A stretch of 64,000 nt of DNA. Source: Eledone cirrhosa. Lineage: Eukaryota. The notes below the pieces were generated by a model. That model was not told the origin of the DNA, did not search any database, and worked only from the letters and a program-made list of their open reading frames with translations. A program made the translations under genes and the position numbers. Location: contig OZ024741.1 in assembly GCA_964016885.1 (NCBI GenBank), forward strand, positions 235,786,001-235,850,000, in the 5' to 3' direction. Positions 56,876 to 64,000 of the stretch are shown here, one piece after another. Positions within the stretch are counted from its first letter, which is position 1; each line of letters opens with the position of its first letter.

Positions 56876-57741
56876 AGATAAAAATATGTTTCTCTCTCTG
56901 GGACATTTTTCTGCCACACCCTGGTAACTGTTTCTGGTGGCAGGCTAAATTTAGTGAGGGACCGGACGGTTGGAGAGAAGATAATTACCACCAAGCATTT
57001 CTAAGGCCCACTGAAATGCCATGATGGACACAGTCAATCGTCTAGAGTGGTGGCACTGAAACGACTGGCTGTATGAGTTACTGGTACTTGATTGATTTAT
57101 ATATATATCCTTACCTTAGGATTCATGTCGATAAGTGCGGAGACAAATGTAAGCTGCGTGTTTTAATTCCGCGCTCAATTTTTTTTTATCTATGAATGTA
57201 GACCACGAGCATGATGGTTGGATAATCTCCATGAGCACAGTTAGTCTCGCTTGGGGATAGAGCCGGGTCAATCGGAGACAGTTGCTTCATATAGGACCCT
57301 CTGGAAGGCGTGTCTAAGGTTTCTGCCCCCACAGTCCACCCAAAAATATGTGAGCGAAGAAATTGCATTCGTAATGACATTTTCATCCCTGCATGTACTT
57401 TTTTTAATCCCACTCCCAATCTTGTTTTTTTATGTTTACATTTATGAAATATGCTTTAAAGCAAAATATATTTAACGCTACATTTATATGTAAAAATAAC
57501 ATTATTTTAATAGCTTGTTTAGTTTGAAAAAAAATGCAACAATTAAGCACATGTTCGGTATGATTACTGTGTGTGTGTGTGTGTCTGTGCGCGCGCATTC
57601 GTGTGTGTGTGTGTCTGTGCGCGCGCATTCGTGTGTGTGTGTGCGCGCTGTTTATTAGTTTGAGCATTCATTGTTAATATGGATCTGGTTGCAGATGTGG
57701 GATTCTACGTTTGGTATTTCACCTTAAGAAGCAGAGTGTTA

Positions 57742-60450
57742 ATAATAATAATAATGTACATATTACCCACGCAGGGCTCACATGGAGACAGCATTAAGGA
57801 CGGTACAGTGTGGGTTTGGCGTGTAAAAAGGAATGTAAATCAGCACTTCCCTTACCACTCTGATGTTCTTCAAGTGAAACCTGAAAAAGTTAATCAGGGC
57901 TTCGCCGAAGAGGAAAGTGCTTGCCTTCAACCCTTTCAGATGTGTCAACCACACGACCTCTTTCGCCATAATAAAAACTGCCTGTCCTTCCCAGCTTAGA
58001 AGGTAAACTGGCAATGCTCCCAGATAACATTACTAGGCCAAGGATTTCTGGAAGTTGTTCATGGGCCCTGAACCAAAAGTTTCCCGGAAAAGATTAGCTA
58101 GTTGATTTTCGTCGACGCTCAGAGTCTACCTAAGAACGTCATCGCTTTAAACCTCCACTAACCGTCTCTAGAACGCCAAGATGTAGTCTACACCGATCGT
58201 ACTACTCGACTGGCTGAGAGTTGTGAGCGCTTGAAGACATTTAAGGTTCCATGCGCTTCCTCGCGGTATTCGATTGATTCAAGACTGCAGCTCTGTTAAG
58301 GAGACGAGCTAGGGGAAAGCGTATCTATCGAACGGCAACCACAACTGTTCACCGTCAAGGAAGAGATGTAGTCTCAGTGCATCATCAACCATGGCATGCC
58401 CAATCCTCCACGCAGCGGATGTCGACAGCAAATGATCCACTTTACCAGTAAAACCTGCCCTTTCCACACAAAAAAAAACAACAACGAAAGAATAGGCACT
58501 CCGAGGGCCAGGCAGTAGTAGATGACCATCTCTACCCGACCTTTCAGGAATAGCTCCTGTCAGCTCATTTCTGAGTGAGAGATGCCGCCCAGCTGGTTGC
58601 CTCGTCCCAGTTTTTGTTCATCTGGAGGGCCGGAGCAAACCCAGATTCCTAGTAATTTAACCGGTTTGTCCGTCCAGTGCCCGACAACACTGTTGGACGG
58701 CAAGCAACTGCCTCTCCAGGTGCCGAGTTGCAGGCCCACCGACTTTTTTTGCTCCTGTTACCGCTTCGTACTCATTGAAAGCGGTGCCGATTATCACAAT
58801 GTGTTTGGTGCTCGACACCACCACGGTGACGTCGTCGACATGTACTGCAGACATGGATCTCCCACATCTTACTTCGCGCAGGACACCCTTCAACGCCTCC
58901 AATTTGTGTAGTAATGGCTCGAGAGTCAATAGGGACCAGAGGGGATATCTTTGGCAGACCGAACATATATGTTGAATGGTTTCAAAAGGTAACCGTTCCC
59001 TCTAACCACAGAACAGATGTCGCAGTGCATTGCAGTGATCCAGTCTCTGAAAAAGGGCCGAAACCGGATACCTTGAGGACTGCCGCCAGGTAGAAATGGT
59101 CGACCCAATCGAAAGCTTTTGATTGATCTGTGAACAGGGCCCCACCTGTGCCAGGTTCTTTGGCCACCCTCTCTATGATGTATCGCATGAGGTGGGGGTT
59201 GTCACGAATGGATCTGTTTGGGATGGCGCATGTTTGTGCCTTCTCTACTAGAACACGGACAAGTGCCAACCTCATCGGTAACACCTTGGCCAAAATTTTA
59301 AACTCTGCATTTAGCAGTGTTATGGCACCGAAATTATCAATATGATCCCTCTTGTTCAGATCTTTTCTCAGCAACACCACCACTCCACGGCTCAGAGAAC
59401 TGGGAGTTCTCCAGTTATGCTGCCAGTTACAGTAGACGACTATCAAGAAGCCACTGAACAAGTCTGGCATGTAAACGTAAAGCTCGTAAGGCAGATCATT
59501 CAAACCTGACAATTTTCCCCTCGTGCATCTAGTCATTGCCTCATGTATACCAGCGGCTGTCATCAGCTTTTCGCAAAATTCCACCCCATGGTTAAGAGCC
59601 GCGGCAGACCGTCGTGGTAGGCACTAAAGTCCATCTCGCGATCCGGCCAACCACCGCTCCCGAACAGTTGAACGAAGGGCTGCTGAAAAGCCACACACAT
59701 CCGCTTGGGATCGAATAACATGTGCCCGTCCTGGTCCGCCCGAGACTGGATTATGCCTTTCTTGCCACGCCGCGCTTCCACCACTCGGGCTCATTGAACG
59801 GCTTTCGGCTCCTCGTGCCTGAGAGGACATGTCTAAGCTCTGATACCGGAGCCTTTGTGCTTTGCGTTGAAGTTTTTTTGTCGAGAGTCAATCTTGCCGC
59901 AAGCTCGTCAGTTGTGATGCCTTTCATAAAAGCCTTTTCGAACTTTCTAACTAGCTCACCCTCTAGTCTTGTGTTTTCTATCGCTACTCCTTTATTAAAC
60001 TCTACCGATTCTACTCTTATTGCCCAATTCAGGACAAACCACCATTTGTTGTTGACGATTGCTCCCGTCAACGTCTGCTTAACTATTTTACTAAACCAAT
60101 TTATCTAAGACGATAGTACAGACCGCAAAGGTTTTTTCCCAGTAATTTTGTGTCAGATGGAAAAGATTTCCATCTGATATTCAAAAATCTGGATGGGCTG
60201 TTAGTATGCTATTCATGACTCAGATCGGATGTGTGTACGTGTGCGTTTGAGGAAGACTAGCAGTAACCCATGCATACCAGCCTTCTCAATCCACACCACC
60301 GATATTGTCGGCATTTGCCGATACAACTTGGCACCCAACATACATACAAAGTCTGTCGAAAACGTATCTGACCTTAAGCTGGTGGGAGGTTATATACTTG
60401 GTGGGTTCAATTGCTAATCCCTTCAAAGTAAGCATCATGTTCCTCCATAC
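57742..60450 (-). mobile_element. Decayed Tx1/L1-clade LINE (RT and C-terminus, (TTA)n tail)
   Basis: GLNDLPYELY, RGVVVLLRKD, ITLLNAEFKILAKVL, QTCAIPNRSIRDN, DQSKAFDWVDH, LEPLL, VDDVTV, MAKEVVW; many frameshifts; 5' limit uncertain. Confidence 0.85.
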
Positions 60451-60699
60451 ACTTAATCCAGTGAACCTCCCATGAGAGCCTTCAATAGTACCTTCATTTT
60501 CGGAAACAATCAGAACTCAGAAGTCGTCTGGAGAGTAGGGAACCTGGCGAATGAGCAAAATGCCTTTCTTTGCCTAGAAACCTTGGATCAGATGCGATGA
60601 ATGACCAGGTCGATGTCATGATGCAGCTGTCAGTTTTGCGAGGCCCACATATCCAGTTTGTTGCATTGAACTGCATCACGAAGCCGTCGGAAGACATTC

Positions 60700-60925
60700 T
60701 GTCTGATGTATATTAGTTGCTCCAGTTTACTCAGCTGTAGAAATGAGTATCGACGTCACTGGTGTCAAGATGTATCGGCCAATCGGTGGCGTGGAAAGAA
60801 GAGTCTGGTATGCATGGACGACTGCTAGTGCTCAATAAACAACCTTGTCCGGGCGGGTGCCTCAGAAAGGGAACTTTCTAGGTGCAAATCCCATGGCCAT
60901 TCGTGATCGAATGGGGTTTACCCAT
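60700..60925 (+). mobile_element. Probable SINE body (different family)
   Basis: CTCCAGTTTACTCAGCTGTAGAAATGAGTA resembles conserved central SINE domains; ends at a TA run. Confidence 0.45.
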
Positions 60926-61964
60926 ATATGTACTTAACGTTTATATATATATGTCTTGTTACTTTGGAGTTCACGTCATGCGTATTTATAAACTGAAGCA
61001 CATGTACATAAATATATATTGTTTACGTTTATTCACTACATATATAGATTGCAACGTATTACATTCTTAGATATTGCTTTTGATTGATTGTCTATATATA
61101 ATAGAAAGAGAGGTAAAAAAAAGAAAAATCAATTCGAGTTTGAATTAGCGGAGATTTTTCGAGGACGACATGCACCGGTTAATGATAGAGAATATGTTTG
61201 TCTCTCTTGTCTGGAGAGTACACAGAAACAAGAGAATGACTGGCAAAAAATATATTCACTAAAAAACATTAAGATAGAGAGAGGGTGATAGTAGTGAGGA
61301 CAAAAGATATATGATTGCGGTATGTGGGTTATCATATCAATGGCAGTCACTAACCTTAGAAAAATACTTTTATCTTCCATCTAACGCACGACTACTGAAA
61401 CGCAGTCACACATTCATATATATATATACACTCACACATATATACGTATGTTGTATATATATTATAGGGGTATTTTAACTGTTTCGATAGCTATGAAAAC
61501 GGTTTAATCTTTGTCAAGCCAAACAACCTATAATAATATCTACACTATACTGTCCATAAGTACAGTATATATTATTAAGTGGAATAGTTAGCTTACTGGT
61601 CTTAACTAACAATATATATGATAATAATACAAGGACGATTTGTTATGCCTTCATTACATTTATTGATTGATGACGCGCGTCTCGCTATTGATCAGCTCAA
61701 GGTTCGATCTGGAATCAAAAGCTCGTCGGAGGACCTCTTCTGTCGTAACAAATTGTCCTTGTATTGTTAAATTTACACTGTTTAGCTCTACACCTCGCTA
61801 CAGACGTGAATCTAAACATCGAGCGTTCACCTGGGTGAACCTACAGTAACTTCACGTTACACTCCCAGGATATATATATGTATATATATCAAAAGAATGT
61901 GTACAAACCAATCAAGAAGGAAAGATAGATTAGTTGTGAAAATTATAAGATATATATATACACA

Positions 61965-62041
61965 CAGGGTGTCCCCCAAAAATATATACGCACTTCAATA
62001 GCATTCTAATAAATATGTGTATATATTTTTGGGACACCCTG
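61965..62041. mobile_element. 77-bp Tc1/mariner-type mini-MITE
   Basis: CAGGGTGTCCCCCAAAAATATATACGCA..TGTGTATATATTTTTGGGACACCCTG followed by TA (left flank CA). Confidence 0.8.
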
Positions 62042-62774
62042 TACACATATATATATGTGTCGGCATGTTGCATCGGAGCACTCACTTTCTCAGACTTTAG
62101 CTAGTATTTTTGTGTGGATTTGTGATCTTACTGTAGCGGATTTTTTTTTACTTGACTCTCAGTGTGTTTGTTATATAGGAATTTTTTTCGTATAATCCAG
62201 AATTCAGTTGGTTGTGTTTAGTTTTTGTTTACGTTAGATGGTTTTAAATATTTGGCACAACTGGCAAACACTAGCCAATAAATAATATTGATGTTCATTA
62301 TACAAGGAGGTGTAGTATCATTGATGGATGATAATAACTATTAATAGAATTTGATAATGTTTAAAAATATATATGCCCAAGATTTGAACCTGGATCAACA
62401 GATGTATTTCTGTACAGGAGTACGTTGTGATGGACTAATCCAAAAATAAACTCTTCTGTTGATCACTATAAAAGACCTTGTGACCCAGTAGAAAACATTT
62501 GTTGACAATAATAAATTGTATTGCAGTAATTGATGATACAACAAGGACGCTGAGAATAGGATAGGAGGAATTGATTTCTTATTTGATTCCAATTTGACTA
62601 AAGCGTCGTTGAGGTGTTTGTTAGTGCAAGGAGAAAAAAGTTGACTGGCAGTGATGAATCCAAGGAAATAAGTAATCACTTCAACGTGAAAACAGGAGTT
62701 GGGAATATTAAAAGTGTTTCAGTAGTGGTATATATTAGAGTGTTGGCAGAAATGAAATTTGAGAATATAAAAGA

Positions 62775-63372
62775 TGGTAATGGTGTTCCTACAACAAAAA
62801 GCATCCAATCCACACTGTAAGGTGGTAGTAGAGGTGCCATGGCAAAAGCACCCAATCTGCAATGTCAGGTGGTAGTGGTGGTGTCGCAACTAAAAGCACC
62901 CGTTCCCAACTGCAAGGTGCCAGTACTGGACAAAAAGCACCCAATCCACTCTGTAAAGTGGTAGTGGTGGTTTCATGATAAAAGCATCCAATCTATCCTT
63001 TCACCCTTTAGTATTTAAACCGGCCGTATCTGGCCAGAATTCTCTCACTTCTTTGTTCAAACTGGCTTTAACCAGCCACTTATACAGATGTTAAGGTATA
63101 GTTCTCAAAATAAATAATATGAAAATCTCATAGATTCGATATTATGTGAGATAAAGCCTTTACTGTGAAAATACAATAACATATATCGAATAATGTAAAT
63201 GCTAAAGGGTTAAGAAGGTAGTACTGGTGTCATGATAAAATTCTCCAAGTACAATCTATAAAGTAGTTAATATTAGGAAGAGCATCCAGCTGTAATAATC
63301 AAGCACAAAACAGTATATGAGCAAAGCAGTCACTTGACCAGTGTGTCACAGCCCATCTAACCCATGCAAGCA
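62775..63372 (+). mobile_element. Family-B SINE with an internal ~45-50-bp tandem array, interrupted by a MITE
   Basis: Five units of AAAAGCACCCAATCCACxCTGTAAGGTGGTAGTGGTGGTGTC, then TTAGGAAGAGCATCCAGCTGTA..TCTAACCCATGCAAGC. Confidence 0.7.
63004..63209. mobile_element. piggyBac-type MITE
   Basis: TIRs CCCTTTAGTATTTA and TAAATGCTAAAGGG (13/14 match); flanks TTCA and TTAA. Confidence 0.75.
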
Positions 63373-64000
63373 GAATGAAGAATAGATCTGTAACTAAAGA
63401 GAAACTTTAACAAATAAGTATCAAATGACATTATCAATGGTGTTCTTAGTAAATGTTTCATCAACAATAAAGGGTTCTCCTTTCTAGCAGAATGTGGAAT
63501 GAATCTCTAAGGAAAGAGTTTGACAAATAAACATTTAGGAATCTAAATTGTATAGAAAAACTGTTAGAAGACGGATGAAAAGGTGGTGATTTAACCTATC
63601 TTTGCAAACCATTCTAATATCAGATTTCAGCTGCATTGTCAGAAAACAATGCATTTGGAACTCCATTTCTTAGAAAAATGGTTATCAAAACATTGATTAT
63701 TGTTTTAGCAGATCTATCAATGACTCTCACCACTTCTGGTTACCCAAAAAAGGGCATCATCTAAGATGAATAGTAAACAAACATCTTTACGTAAGCATGA
63801 TCAATATGTACATGTGACCAAGGTCACACATGGGATTGACAAAAAATCAGACACTGACCCAGGCAGAAGTATTTTCTAACTCTAGAGTGGAAGCTTAGTC
63901 TTTGGGAAGCAGTTTTTAGTAAAGACCAATCAAATTTTTGGTAATTCCATCTACCTTATCATGTTATTTAGCTCCAAGTTAGTCCTAAATCAGCAGACCT

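Overview
AT-rich, repeat-dense animal genomic DNA. The repeat families, huge (TA)n arrays and C2H2 genes point to an octopus-like cephalopod; this is an inference. Two intact C2H2 zinc-finger coding exons lie on the minus strand (7284-8399 and ~49978-51699). The rest is mostly decayed retroelements (RTE with a PHD finger inside the RT, CR1/L2-type, Tx1/L1-type, CRE-type), tRNA-derived SINEs, a Tigger/pogo transposase relic and several MITEs. There is also a 24-bp minisatellite and ~17 kb of variant (TA)n arrays with a 200-N gap. The most notable unannotated signals are: (1) several type I hammerhead ribozyme motifs, including a nearly complete one at 52922-52980 in sense orientation in the probable first intron of the second ZNF gene; (2) a perfect 44-bp hairpin; (3) duplicated candidate non-coding first exons; (4) an internally duplicated 3-finger module with a conserved non-canonical finger; (5) an inverted triplication inside the TA array. 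Repeat boundaries were read by eye and are approximate.
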